Origin: an uncultured Candidatus Saccharibacteria bacterium
GTDB lineage: Bacteria; Patescibacteriota; Minisyncoccia; Phycocordibacterales; CAIZLB01
DNA length: 64,000 nt
Direction: 5' to 3'
NCBI GenBank assembly: GCA_964467385.1
Contig: CAYXQC010000001.1
Span: forward strand, 7,896 to 71,895
The notes under the pieces are model-generated. The model searched no databases and was not told the DNA's origin. It saw nothing but the letters and a program-made list of their open reading frames with translations. The position numbers were made by a program, and so were the translations under genes. Position 1 is the stretch's first letter. Each line of letters starts with the position of its first letter. Shown here in pieces: positions 1 through 10,626 of this stretch.

Positions 1-2
1 AA

Positions 3-92
3 GCAGAAATCCCGCCAGTGAAAGAAATTTCAAAAGACAAAGAAAAGAAAGAAGTGGAGAAAGATGTACTCCAGGATTTGTTTAACGAGTAA
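3..92 (+). CDS. 3' end of an upstream CDS running off the window edge
   Basis: Open frame AEIPPVKEISKDKEKKEVEKDVLQDLFNE* ending TAA at 90-92, convergent with the next gene. Confidence 0.5.
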   Translation, partial: AEIPPVKEISKDKEKKEVEKDVLQDLFNE

Positions 93-109
93 AAAGCGGT
101 CTTTATTTG

Positions 110-940
110 TTAAGCGCCAATCAACGCTTTCCGTATAATTCGCACGTATCCTATCAGGAGAGCTTTGTGATAATTTGGATATGCGTGACGATATCTCTTC
201 ACAAGCATAAGCACGGTTTTTGCCAACGCTGTGCTATGTTTTCCATTTGATCCAGATGCACTGTTTTTGCGTAGTGTATATGATGTTTCTGTATTTGGAA
301 TATTTGCAATACCTGCAACCTGACCAATTCTAAGCCAAAGATCATAATCCTCTGCGAGTCTAAGATCTGAAAGTCCGCCTACAGAGTCATAGACACTTTT
401 CCTAAATACAACAGACGAGTTTATAACAGGACAGCGCATAAGCATTCGCGCGTGGTTTTCCTCAGGATTTTGTAACGCGCTGTACCAAAACATATGCTTT
501 CCGTCTTCATTTACGAATTCAGTCTTTTCTGCGCCAACCACGGCAATACTAGGATGAGCCTCAAGAAATTCAATTTGATTTTTAAGTTTATCTGGATTCA
601 GCCACCAGTCATCATCATCGAGAATTGCGATGTAGTGATTTTGAGCTGAAGCAATGGCGATTCGTCGTGCAGCCCCAGGTCCAACGCTTTCCTTATTTTC
701 CAAAATCTTAATAAGGCCAGATGTAGATTCACTGGCAAAAGTTTGTCTGATATAGTCTGCAACCCCGTCAGTTGAGCCATCGGAGATCACAATAATCTCA
801 GCGCCATTTAGAATTGGTGCACTTGTAGTGGTATCTGTACCTACGGTCTGATTCTTAAAAATAGACTGCCCAAGCACAGAATCAATGGCTTTTTTGATGG
901 TCTTTGAACCATTTTTTGTGGCGATTATAACACTGATCAT
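110..940 (-). CDS. GT2 family glycosyltransferase
   Basis: ISVIIAT.N, SDGSTD, ILDDDD (DxD) and AEDYDLW motifs. Confidence 0.9.
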   Translation of the reverse strand: MISVIIATKNGSKTIKKAIDSVLGQSIFKNQTVGTDTTTSAPILNGAEIIVISDGSTDGVADYIRQTFASESTSGLIKILENKESVGPGAARRIAIASAQNHYIAILDDDDWWLNPDKLKNQIEFLEAHPSIAVVGAEKTEFVNEDGKHMFWYSALQNPEENHARMLMRCPVINSSVVFRKSVYDSVGGLSDLRLAEDYDLWLRIGQVAGIANIPNTETSYTLRKNSASGSNGKHSTALAKTVLMLVKRYRHAYPNYHKALLIGYVRIIRKALIGA

Positions 941-963
941 GGTGGGCCTATTTTACACAGTTT

Positions 964-1923
964 TTACACTGTAATCCAATCTGGTGGTAGGACATCAGGA
1001 GTCTTCTCGTTTGGGTTATTAACCCATTGTTTTGGTCCGATTACTATCTTTTTCTGACCGAGTTTTTCAGCGGTACCTGAAAGCCATGCTGCCCACCAGC
1101 TGTATGTACTGTTTGCGATTATAAAATGGTGGCAAAGCGACATAAGGTGTAATTCTTCATAATTCAAAAGAGAGGCTTCGTTAGACAAAATCGTGAACTG
1201 TTCACCTTCTACGGTCACATTTTCTTCGGTGTACGTTTTTTTGATGAGCGGAATAATCTCAGCCTGCAAAAACTCTGTATCATCAGATGAAAGTACGAAA
1301 TGTGTTGAAGCTCCGATCGCAGATTCCTTTGATAATCTTTTGAGTGCATCTTCATAATAGGAAAGGTCTTTTACTCCGTGATATGCATTTGCGTGAATAT
1401 TTGAAATATAATCACCTCGACGTACATGGAGAAGTACAAGAGTTTTTCCAGAAGAAGAAAGGTCTTGGAGTCTTTTCTCGACAGTTGATCCGTATTCGCC
1501 AAGAGGGGATTTTAGTCGAAATTCCTTTTTGATAATATCTGAATATTCTTCAAAATACTTCGGGACGTTCCAGTATCCTTCAATAATATCAATTTGATTG
1601 TCTGGAGAAAAAATCGGCTGAGCCAATCTAGGGTAGTATGTGTATGCATTTTCTTTGAAGAAAAATTGACGCAATTTTAAGACTATCTTGATGAAAATTT
1701 CATGTAGTTTGTGATAGTTGTATCCATCAGATTTTTCAGATATCGGTGTACTTATGGCGTATTTGTCCAACAGAAAAACCCGGAGTGTATCCTTTGGGTC
1801 GATATTTTTGTACCAACTTGGATCAATCATGAGTGAAGAATTGCTCCGGATTGCCAAAGCCTTTGCGTATGCATATTGGAAGAGTTGATTGCCGAGGCCA
1901 GCTTTTATTCTGAGGATTATCAT
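964..1923 (-). CDS. alpha-1,2-fucosyltransferase-like glycosyltransferase (GT11)
   Basis: GLGNQLFQYA, HVRRGDY and ANSTYSWWAAWL GT11 motifs; start moved to the ATG at 1923 (MIILRIK). Confidence 0.9.
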   Translation of the reverse strand: MIILRIKAGLGNQLFQYAYAKALAIRSNSSLMIDPSWYKNIDPKDTLRVFLLDKYAISTPISEKSDGYNYHKLHEIFIKIVLKLRQFFFKENAYTYYPRLAQPIFSPDNQIDIIEGYWNVPKYFEEYSDIIKKEFRLKSPLGEYGSTVEKRLQDLSSSGKTLVLLHVRRGDYISNIHANAYHGVKDLSYYEDALKRLSKESAIGASTHFVLSSDDTEFLQAEIIPLIKKTYTEENVTVEGEQFTILSNEASLLNYEELHLMSLCHHFIIANSTYSWWAAWLSGTAEKLGQKKIVIGPKQWVNNPNEKTPDVLPPDWITV

Positions 1924-1976
1924 AGTGAAAATTGTGGAAAAGTTGTGTAAAAAATTAGAATTTCTTAGGATTAATT

Positions 1977-2726
1977 TTACTTTTTCTTGAACCAGAAACA
2001 TCCGCATGCATAGTGAGCCGTTTTTACTCTATCTGGATTTGCACCTCGTTCGAGTCCTCCTTCTGATTCAAATTCTGGGATAAATGCGAATTCATTCAAT
2101 GTAAAATCAGCTCCCAGTACATACGATACGATTTGCTCATATGAATATATGCGGTGTGCATTGTATTCGATTTTCGGTTGGCCAACTGGCACAACAATAA
2201 GAAGTGAGCCACCTGATTTAACTACGCGTTTTAATTCAGCAATGGCTTTGAGGTCACCGTTTGGATCAATAGGGTCTCCATATCGACCGAGTCCTACGTG
2301 TTCCAGTGTATGCATGCAAGAAAGTGACTCGACAGAATTGTCAGCAAATGGAAGTGCATGAAGGTTACCTTCTCGACTAACTAGATTTGTAAGGCGAAGA
2401 TCAGCAGGACGATAATCATAAAATTCTACCGGGACGAAAGCAGAGAGGATACCTGAAAAATAAAGACTTGAGGAGATGTCTATATGGGTACTCGGTTTGA
2501 TTTCCTGAACCACACGTGCTGCCCAAGAAGTGTGATACACATAGTGCCGATCAAAGCCCGTTGTGATTGTTTTGTCTTTTACACATGGATAAAAATCATG
2601 AACAGAAAGAGGGAAACGATGTTCTACATCGTGGTGTTTAAAAACAAAGTAATCTTTCAGTATAAAAGGCGAAAGGAGAACGTTTCGTGATTTCTTGAGA
2701 ATTTTTTTAAGAGAATTTAAGTTCAT
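1977..2726 (-). CDS. SAM-dependent methyltransferase-like protein (DUF268-type)
   Basis: SLSCMHTLEHVGLGRYGDPIDPNGD and EYNAHRIY motifs. Confidence 0.8.
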   Translation of the reverse strand: MNLNSLKKILKKSRNVLLSPFILKDYFVFKHHDVEHRFPLSVHDFYPCVKDKTITTGFDRHYVYHTSWAARVVQEIKPSTHIDISSSLYFSGILSAFVPVEFYDYRPADLRLTNLVSREGNLHALPFADNSVESLSCMHTLEHVGLGRYGDPIDPNGDLKAIAELKRVVKSGGSLLIVVPVGQPKIEYNAHRIYSYEQIVSYVLGADFTLNEFAFIPEFESEGGLERGANPDRVKTAHYACGCFWFKKK

Positions 2727-3799
2727 TTGATGATGTTCATGTAGATATCAACTGATGCCTTATCAGATAGCTCTCGTATACAGTAATCTCTAGGAGTGAA
2801 AGTGTCAATTTCAACTTTTGCCATAAAATTTGCAAAATCTGATCTGAAGTTTTGCTCAAATTTCTCTAAATTTTTTATAAAATTCGGATCTTCTGTGTTT
2901 TGTGCAACATGAGTGTTAGAGCTTGAACAAGGATGATCGAACAATGTGCCAGCTTCAGGTGTGAGATATGGTGCAGAAATATTTCCATCAACCACAATTC
3001 CTTCTGTACTGTATGAGCGAGTGTTTCCGATAAATGTAGGTATGTCTCGTGCCCAGGCTTCTTGAAGCGCCAAGCCTTGGCTTTCTGATACTTGCAAATA
3101 CACAAGTGCACGAGTTGATTTCAAAATTCCAAAATATTCATGCTGTTTGAATTTTCCATACTCAAGTACGTTGAGTTCATAAGGAAGATTATTCAGAGAA
3201 TTTTGCGAAAGATTTTGCTCGGTAATGTATTTCTCAATGTCTTTGATAATTGTCTGGGCGAGTACTGGGTTGAATTGCTTTTTGTAAACTAAAATCGTGT
3301 GTCTTTTGTCTCTGGAAACTATTTCTGATTCATCGGGTATCTGAACACCTGACGGCCACACACGAATTTTTGATGCAAGAGCTGGACACATTTTTATGTA
3401 TAAATCTTTAACCCATTCCGACGGCGCAAGAATAATATCGATTTGTTCGTCAGTGAGCAGGCTTTCATGATCAGTCGGCAGGACAGCGATGTTTGGGCCA
3501 GCGACGATGCGCTTAATCAGACCTTTTGATTTTAAATTGAGTGCCCATTTGAGAGCCTCTTTGTTTGAGATGACATGTACGGTTTCAGCTAGATTTTCTC
3601 GTCTTGGATTGATATTAAATATAATACCTTCTTTGCGAAGACCTCTAACAAGGCTTTGGAGTACCGCGCTCGGTCCTCGCTTGATGCGAAGCAATTTGCG
3701 CGCTGTGCTTTTGAAGTAATAAGACAGGAAACCCTTAAAAAACAGTGTACTCGGACGAAGTATGATACTTACTGATGCTGATTTTGTATTCGAGTTCAT
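2723..3799 (-). CDS. putative GT-B (GT4-like) glycosyltransferase
   Basis: SESQGLALQEAWARDIP resembles the GT4 E-x7-E motif; lies inside the glycan operon; ends in TGA overlapping the next ATG (ATGA). Confidence 0.65.
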   Translation of the reverse strand: MNSNTKSASVSIILRPSTLFFKGFLSYYFKSTARKLLRIKRGPSAVLQSLVRGLRKEGIIFNINPRRENLAETVHVISNKEALKWALNLKSKGLIKRIVAGPNIAVLPTDHESLLTDEQIDIILAPSEWVKDLYIKMCPALASKIRVWPSGVQIPDESEIVSRDKRHTILVYKKQFNPVLAQTIIKDIEKYITEQNLSQNSLNNLPYELNVLEYGKFKQHEYFGILKSTRALVYLQVSESQGLALQEAWARDIPTFIGNTRSYSTEGIVVDGNISAPYLTPEAGTLFDHPCSSSNTHVAQNTEDPNFIKNLEKFEQNFRSDFANFMAKVEIDTFTPRDYCIRELSDKASVDIYMNIIK

Positions 3800-3813
3800 G
3801 TTCTGTGCATTTT

Positions 3814-6282
3814 CTATGCCGCGCTTTCAACTACATCCTCAATTATACGCTCGATTTTGCCAATATTGTTTTCCATGATAAAAAGCTTTTCACCAACATC
3901 TTGTGCTTTCAACTTCATTTTTAAAAAAGTTTCTTTAGCTACTTTGTCACCGCTTTTTAGTTCAACAAGTTTTTTCATAGCCTGTGCATATGCATCAACA
4001 TCATCTTTTTCAACAATGAAGCTAAATTCTGGTTCCAAATACTCAAGATGCGCATTCCAAATGTGTGATTTGTGAGTGATGATTGGATTACCCGCAAGCA
4101 TGGATTCTGCGATATTGAGACCGAATGATTCCCCGTCGAGGCGGAAATGGGCGAGTGCATCGAGGCTATAGTGAAAAGCCCAGACATCTTCTTCCTTAGC
4201 GCTCGCATCGATGAAGTGTACGTTTTGAATTTGTGAATCAGCCGCAAGTTTTTTAGCGGCTGGCGCAGGGGACATGATGATATAGTGCGTATATGCAGCA
4301 ATATCAGGATTCAAACCCGAAAATTTCTTGAATGCATTTAGTGCAATCGGATCGAAGATCGAATCATCTGCTCGACCAATTCTTCCAAAAACAAAATCGT
4401 CTGGAGAAATACCCAGTTTTTCACGGAGACGAAAAGCTTTATCAACAAATTTAATATCTGGCTTTTCGGATTGTATGTACATTATTTCTCGTTTGTCTTT
4501 TGGTATGATATTTCTGATTTTTGCATCAACTGCTTGAGAGATAGAAATAATTTTTTTGATGTTTGATGCTGCTGTTGGTGAACCAAAAATATTAATAAGT
4601 ATCACCGGTATATTGGTGAGTAAATTGAATGGGTATTCGGCATAGCCAGACCCTGCCGTAAACACAAGATCGATGTCGTTGTCTTTGATTATTTTAAAAA
4701 TATTAGGTGATGGATTTTTAAGGATATAAGGATATGTGCAAAATATTTCTTCATATGAAAATTCAATCAGATTAATATGAGAATATTCTGAAATATATGA
4801 CCTTCGTCCATCGAGTGTCATGTTGCCGGAAGAAGTACGTGGCTTTGCTGAATACATTATATACACATTGAACTTGTCTGGATTTAGATATTTTGCAATG
4901 ATCTGTAGAAACTTTTCAGTACCACCAAAACTCAAGGCTGATACGTGGTAAAAGAGAATGTTAATCTTTTTATTCGAAGTATTAGAAGCTTCGCCTGAAT
5001 TTTTGAAATCTCGAAGCTTATGCATATCTTGATATTCAATAGGCTCATGCTGATTTTTGTAGACCAAAGCTTTTTTTACTCCTCGATTCTCGTATACTCG
5101 TACAGGCCATGCAGAGAGAGGGTAAGGAAGATGGGCTATGATTTTTTTGGAAATTTTCCGAGCCGCTGATTTTGCAGTTTTAGTAGCATTAAATATGTCT
5201 TTGGAATTTTTTGAGAATTTCTTCATGTTTTCAAAAATAGTGGAAAAAGAAAAATCAGGGCTAAATATTTTATGATGTACGAAACTTCCCACCGAATGCC
5301 GTACTGAATTAAGACGGATAAGCCAGTCGGGGAATATTTCGATCCGAGGATTTCTGCCGGTTCGATTAATAAACAAGGCGTGCAATTCTTCGATATGCCA
5401 AATATTTAATTTCTCAAAATATTCGATACTGTATATGTCAAACCATTTGATTAAATCTTTGTATTGAGATGTTTCAGTCATATCAAATCCTTTAAGGTTT
5501 TTTGTTATTCGCTCGAGTGCAATTTTTTCCGCATCAGAAAGATATGAAATTTCTCGCACTCGAACAGAAGGTGAGTCGATAGAAACAGAATATGTTGCAT
5601 TGATCCTTCGAGCATTTCTCTGTTTTTGTAAAAACTCATGACACATGTACCACGCTTGTTTGATCTCTGATTTTTTCCAGTTTACGAATTGAAAATGGAG
5701 AACAGGGGTATGGGCATGTATGTCAGTATTTATTGCACCTATGTGTGTATATACAGAATTTGCGGCACTATGGGTCGGAGGTATATGAGGTGTCCGACTT
5801 TCTGAAAGTTCTGCGGCACCAAAAGTGCTTATACCATCATCACAAAACACAAAATCTTTGCGCAGATTTTTCCAAACAGAATCTACTCGTGACACGGTCG
5901 GCTTTTTCCAAAGCGTAATCCATGGTAGCCACAGTCTTTGACCAGGAGTAAGTTCAGTAATTGTATTTCGTAGTTTTGAGGCATAATTTTCAGGAATTAT
6001 TTCATCCGCATCAAGCCAGAGTTGATGAGTTGCGCCGATTTTACGTGCCTGATCCAATAAAACATTTCGGCGAAGCGACATGTCTACTCGCGTTTCGTTT
6101 TTTATAAAATCACTTGCAGATAGGAGGGTGACTCGAGGGTCTTGTGCGAGAATTTCTCGAGTGTCATCTGTTGAATTGTCGTCAAGTGCAATAATATGGT
6201 CGGCCACCCGTAGGACAGAATCAAGGTGGGCTTTAAGGATCCAGGCTTCATTTTTGACTGGCAGGAGGGCTACGATTTTCAT
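3814..6282 (-). CDS. bifunctional glycosyltransferase (N-terminal GT2-like + C-terminal GT4)
   Basis: N-terminal PVKNE...DDNSTD...WLDADE; C-terminal GGTEK and GESFGLNIAESMLAGNP. Confidence 0.8.
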   Translation of the reverse strand: MKIVALLPVKNEAWILKAHLDSVLRVADHIIALDDNSTDDTREILAQDPRVTLLSASDFIKNETRVDMSLRRNVLLDQARKIGATHQLWLDADEIIPENYASKLRNTITELTPGQRLWLPWITLWKKPTVSRVDSVWKNLRKDFVFCDDGISTFGAAELSESRTPHIPPTHSAANSVYTHIGAINTDIHAHTPVLHFQFVNWKKSEIKQAWYMCHEFLQKQRNARRINATYSVSIDSPSVRVREISYLSDAEKIALERITKNLKGFDMTETSQYKDLIKWFDIYSIEYFEKLNIWHIEELHALFINRTGRNPRIEIFPDWLIRLNSVRHSVGSFVHHKIFSPDFSFSTIFENMKKFSKNSKDIFNATKTAKSAARKISKKIIAHLPYPLSAWPVRVYENRGVKKALVYKNQHEPIEYQDMHKLRDFKNSGEASNTSNKKINILFYHVSALSFGGTEKFLQIIAKYLNPDKFNVYIMYSAKPRTSSGNMTLDGRRSYISEYSHINLIEFSYEEIFCTYPYILKNPSPNIFKIIKDNDIDLVFTAGSGYAEYPFNLLTNIPVILINIFGSPTAASNIKKIISISQAVDAKIRNIIPKDKREIMYIQSEKPDIKFVDKAFRLREKLGISPDDFVFGRIGRADDSIFDPIALNAFKKFSGLNPDIAAYTHYIIMSPAPAAKKLAADSQIQNVHFIDASAKEEDVWAFHYSLDALAHFRLDGESFGLNIAESMLAGNPIITHKSHIWNAHLEYLEPEFSFIVEKDDVDAYAQAMKKLVELKSGDKVAKETFLKMKLKAQDVGEKLFIMENNIGKIERIIEDVVESAA

Positions 6283-7041
6283 TTACACCTTATATATATC
6301 ATAAATTCGCTGGTTTTCATCTACCTGTCGGGTACTCTTGCTACCACTAAGGCTTGTGCCAAAGTTAGTAAAAATGCCTGCCGATTCCTTGATTTGAAAC
6401 ATTGGAATGCCAAGAGAAGCCGCACGAGACTGCCATTCGAAGTCGCCAGCAATTCGAAACGTCGTATCGAATGGTCCAATTTTTGTGAATGCCTCTTTGG
6501 TGAAGAAAAAGAAAGGGCCCATATGCATTTCATGCGTAAATCTTTTTACATCAAAAGGTGGTGGTGTGATCTTCCGAACTAAAAGTGGAATTTTAAATCC
6601 GAGAAATGTAACACCTCGCACATACGTGAAGCCTGGGTATATGACATATATATTGTCAGCAGGGAGTTTTGTGGAATCTTTGAATTTTTTAAATAGCTTG
6701 ATAATGAATCGAGGTGAGCGCATATCGTCAACGTTCCATGAGCACATTATATCGCCAGTTGCAGCATTAAAGCCATTATTCCAAGTTGTATATAAAGTTT
6801 CTCTTTCTCTTGGAATGATTTTGAAGATTGTATTCACTGATGCAACAGAATCTTCATTCATTTCTGTAAGTTTGTTCAATAATGCATATTCAGTATCGCT
6901 CGGGTCATTCGGCAGGATAACAAATTCGTGCTCTATTTTTGCATCACTTAAAACTCGATGCATTTTTTTCACATGTTTAATGTATTTTGGTAAGAACTCT
7001 TCTGACTTATAAAGTGATGTAATAAAAGATATTTTTTTCAT
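6283..7041 (-). CDS. GT2-like glycosyltransferase
   Basis: ISFITSLYK, WNVDD and GPFDTTFRIAGDFEW motifs. Confidence 0.75.
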   Translation of the reverse strand: MKKISFITSLYKSEEFLPKYIKHVKKMHRVLSDAKIEHEFVILPNDPSDTEYALLNKLTEMNEDSVASVNTIFKIIPRERETLYTTWNNGFNAATGDIMCSWNVDDMRSPRFIIKLFKKFKDSTKLPADNIYVIYPGFTYVRGVTFLGFKIPLLVRKITPPPFDVKRFTHEMHMGPFFFFTKEAFTKIGPFDTTFRIAGDFEWQSRAASLGIPMFQIKESAGIFTNFGTSLSGSKSTRQVDENQRIYDIYKV

Positions 7042-7083
7042 ATTTATTTTCCTGTTTATATTTATCAAATCTATATAGCAAAT

Positions 7084-8370
7084 TTATATAAATCTTTTTA
7101 ATTCAGCAATCACCATATCTGGAGTGATGTTATCGACGCAAGGAGCGAGCACCTTGCCTGAGTTTATAAACTCAGGCATCTCTGTGCATTTCCAGTGAAA
7201 ACAGGTTGGGCCCCGATGAAAGACGGCACGATTTAGATCCAGATCGCTATATGGATAAAATGCTGGATAAGCCCCACAACCGATGATGCATACTGATGGT
7301 GTATGAACAGCTGCACCAATATGAATTATACCTGTATCGTTTGAAACAAGTGCTTTTGCGTCTTTTATAATGTGCGCGATTTCTATCGGAGTTGTAAGGC
7401 CTGCAATCGAGATTGCTTTCGCACCATTTGCATTCGTGTTGCTTATTTCTGAATCACCACAGATCAGGTCGACAATTTTATTGGCCGTGTCTTTCTCATT
7501 CGGCCCGCCGCTTATAAGCACGCTGTAGCCTTGCTGAATGGTAAATCTACCTACTTCGGCGAATCTTTCTCTTGGCCACCTTTTGTACTCACGTCCGGCA
7601 CCTGGATTAATCACTATATATTGTGTTGGACTTTGCGTCAGTGCCAGTTCGGAGAGAGCTTGATTCAAGGATGGATTCAAACCTGGAAAATGCAGAAGTG
7701 GGAAATATGGTTCAATGCGTTTTGAGTGACCATTCGTAATACCATCGATCAAGCGAAAGTTTTTCTCATATTCATTGATGCTATCTGTGTATTCAATATT
7801 TTCACGATTTCTTGTTTTGTCACCTAGAACGATCGCTTTAGTGAAAGTCTCTGGCTCAAGATCTCTTTCGCCCCAATCAACTTCATTTCCAGCAAAGCCA
7901 AATCGTTCTGATGCGCCAGTTGCTTGGATCAAGAAATTCCCAAGATTTCTTCGATAGTATGCAGCATAAATTGCAGTGCTGTAATTATTTTTGCGAAGTT
8001 TAAATGCTGTGAAAAAACGATATAGCATATTGTGTGTGAATTTTCGAGAATCAAGGAGGGTGTAGGATCTGATTATGTTTTCTTTTATTAAATAATCAGC
8101 GATCAATGCGTTTTGTTTATGATCAATCAGAAGGTCAATATTTTTGCCACCATATATTTCGGCGTAAGCCTTGAGTGAGGGAATAAAAGTCACAAAATCT
8201 CCAAGTACTTCGAGTTTTACGATGAGGATTTTTTTGTCTATGTCTGAAGGATTCGCTGATACTGTTCGAAATCTCGCAAATAATTTTCTGTAAAAAAATA
8301 AAATATCCAACTTCAATAAGATTGACCAATTTACATATCTTCGAAAAAAAGATATTAAGAGCGATTCCAT
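7084..8370 (-). CDS. GT9 (ADP-heptose:LPS heptosyltransferase-like) glycosyltransferase
   Basis: LGDFV, INPGAGREYKRWP and SNDTGIIHIGAAVHTP GT9 motifs. Confidence 0.85.
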   Translation of the reverse strand: MESLLISFFRRYVNWSILLKLDILFFYRKLFARFRTVSANPSDIDKKILIVKLEVLGDFVTFIPSLKAYAEIYGGKNIDLLIDHKQNALIADYLIKENIIRSYTLLDSRKFTHNMLYRFFTAFKLRKNNYSTAIYAAYYRRNLGNFLIQATGASERFGFAGNEVDWGERDLEPETFTKAIVLGDKTRNRENIEYTDSINEYEKNFRLIDGITNGHSKRIEPYFPLLHFPGLNPSLNQALSELALTQSPTQYIVINPGAGREYKRWPRERFAEVGRFTIQQGYSVLISGGPNEKDTANKIVDLICGDSEISNTNANGAKAISIAGLTTPIEIAHIIKDAKALVSNDTGIIHIGAAVHTPSVCIIGCGAYPAFYPYSDLDLNRAVFHRGPTCFHWKCTEMPEFINSGKVLAPCVDNITPDMVIAELKRFI

Positions 8371-9686
8371 ATGATTTGCTTCAAATGTTTACGAGTAGTG
8401 CTAAAGAAAAGAAGTATGACAAGTGTCGACATGTACGAAACAAATGTTGCGAATGCTGAGCCGTTTATACCGTAGAGTGGAATGAGCACGAGATTAAGAA
8501 GAACATTTAAGATTGCACCAAACAAAGTCATAACAAACATAATCCGCGTAGCACCTTCAGCGATTAGGAATTGACTGATACCGGTTCCAAGAAATACCCC
8601 AACTCCGCCCCATGTATATAATATGAGCGACAATGCACCAGCACTGTAACTTGGTCCGTAAAAGAGTGTGATAATCCACCCTCCGAGAAATGTCGTGCCA
8701 ATTGCGATTGAAACTGAAAGCACTAAAAGCAATATGTAAAGCCATCGAAGGCGTTTCATGTAGAGAGTGAAATTTGCTCGTGCTGATACAAGAGCAGGGA
8801 ACAAGGATGAGACAATTATGCCAGGAATAAAATACCACCCTTCAGCTAGTTTTACTGCAGATGAGTAAATTCCTAAATCTGTATTTCCGAGAAGTCCTTT
8901 AATCATCACTTGGTCAATACGAGCATAAATAACTGATGCAACTGTTGAAAGCATAAGAGGCCAAGAAACCTTGAGAATTTCTTTAAGAATATTTGAATCA
9001 AAATGTATATCTCCTACTCGCTCATTTGATTTGATCCATGAAACGACAAATAAGAGACCTGTGAGCGCAGTTTCAAGTACATACGCCATGATGATATATA
9101 GAATAGGAGAGCCGGCGATGACAAGCGATATTTTAATAATCGATGAAAGCGTACCTCCGAAAAGCTGAGCAAATACTGAACGCTTAGAAATAACTTTTGC
9201 TTGATAATAGAGATCGACAATGTTTAAACATTGAAAAATAAAACTTGTTGAATATACCGCTACAAATAATCGCTCATCAAACGACGAACTTAAAATGCAT
9301 ATAGCAACCGTTGCACTGATTGCACCGATAAGTCCTCCACCAATTTTGATTGCAAGACCTGTTCCTAGAGTTTTTGCGGCGTCAGCTGGTCTTTCCACAA
9401 GATTTCGTACAATAATCGAATCTGAACCAAGTGTCGCTAAAAAACCGAACAGGCTAACGAAACTGATAACGAAGTTGATTTGACCGAATCCTGCCGGCGA
9501 TAGGTGTCGAGCAATAACCACTGAAACTGCAAAGCTTAGGATAATGTTCGCCACTCGGCCAACAAAGAGCCATGACATGTTCGCTGTGTATTTTCGTGCG
9601 CCGCCAACATTGCTTCCTCCAGTTTCATCTTTGCCTGCGAGGTCCTTGAGAAGTGTTTTGAATTTTGTATTTATGGTTTGAAGCAT
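8355..9686 (-). CDS. wzx: Wzx-type polysaccharide flippase
   Basis: About 12 hydrophobic segments; ARHLSPAGFG, IYARIDQVMI and LNLVLIPLYGINGSAFAT MOP-family motifs. Confidence 0.85.
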   Translation of the reverse strand: MLQTINTKFKTLLKDLAGKDETGGSNVGGARKYTANMSWLFVGRVANIILSFAVSVVIARHLSPAGFGQINFVISFVSLFGFLATLGSDSIIVRNLVERPADAAKTLGTGLAIKIGGGLIGAISATVAICILSSSFDERLFVAVYSTSFIFQCLNIVDLYYQAKVISKRSVFAQLFGGTLSSIIKISLVIAGSPILYIIMAYVLETALTGLLFVVSWIKSNERVGDIHFDSNILKEILKVSWPLMLSTVASVIYARIDQVMIKGLLGNTDLGIYSSAVKLAEGWYFIPGIIVSSLFPALVSARANFTLYMKRLRWLYILLLVLSVSIAIGTTFLGGWIITLFYGPSYSAGALSLILYTWGGVGVFLGTGISQFLIAEGATRIMFVMTLFGAILNVLLNLVLIPLYGINGSAFATFVSYMSTLVILLFFSTTRKHLKQIIWNRS

Positions 9687-10546
9687 GAATTTCTTTTTAT
9701 ATGAATTTGATTAGCCCAATATGGCATCCAGAGTGCTTCGATACTCTTTGGATTGACCGTGGCTGTTTCTGTATGTAAGGGCTGTTCCATCTCAGACCAA
9801 GTATTCAATATGTATAAAGGTATACCAATCTCCTTGAAATATAAAGTCATCGGGCTTTTTATAACAATCGGTTGAACGCTTAGATATAAAGCCTCCCAAG
9901 TTCTATTGCAGTCCTCGCCTTTACCTCTAGGTGATGCCATAAATGCATAGGTTTTCAGATTTTTGTAATATTCGATCTGGTTTGCAAAATGCTTACATTC
10001 CGCAAATGGATTTTTTTTGATAGATTCTCTCGCCGCTGTTCGTACTTTAGGATTGCTTGCAATAGTGAAATCGTAAAAGATTGCTGAATTTTTTTTCGAA
10101 AGTTCTGAGTTCAATTCATCAAATAGTGCAATCTTTCCGTTTTGTTGAGAGTAAAAATTTGCTAGGCCAATGGGTAGTGGAGTAATTCGCGGATTATCTA
10201 TCTGTACGTTTTCGGCAAACCAGTGTACGCATTTTGAAAAATCGATAAGTGAAATAATCTCTTCGGTTACCTCCATGTCTTCATTGTGTGAAATTAAAAT
10301 AAATTTTGTATCAATTTTGATTTGCGGTTGATACTTTTTGGAGAATTCTTTCAGGTAATTTGTGCGTACGAAGATGATGTCGCCGGTACGGACCAAAAGG
10401 GGATCGAAATCTAAAGATTCGTCGAGGACAAAGTTCGACAAAGATCGAAAGCTGTCGCCTGTGATATAAGGCCAGCTTGTAGGACGATGGAGGTTGAGTT
10501 TTTTGCCTAGGAAACGGCGTATAAAGGTTTTTATGCTGAGAAACAT
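9671..10546 (-). CDS. exostosin/GT47-like hypothetical glycosyltransferase
   Basis: PYITGDSFR, PLPIGL and SPRGKGEDCNRTWEALY motifs seen in exostosin-like proteins. Confidence 0.55.
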   Translation of the reverse strand: MFLSIKTFIRRFLGKKLNLHRPTSWPYITGDSFRSLSNFVLDESLDFDPLLVRTGDIIFVRTNYLKEFSKKYQPQIKIDTKFILISHNEDMEVTEEIISLIDFSKCVHWFAENVQIDNPRITPLPIGLANFYSQQNGKIALFDELNSELSKKNSAIFYDFTIASNPKVRTAARESIKKNPFAECKHFANQIEYYKNLKTYAFMASPRGKGEDCNRTWEALYLSVQPIVIKSPMTLYFKEIGIPLYILNTWSEMEQPLHTETATVNPKSIEALWMPYWANQIHIKRNSCFKP

Positions 10547-10626
10547 GGTAGGAAACACGGCCAGTATATAGACAACTCGCCGACTTGTGTAAATTGTACT
10601 ATACTTTGCCCTATATATTTATCAAT

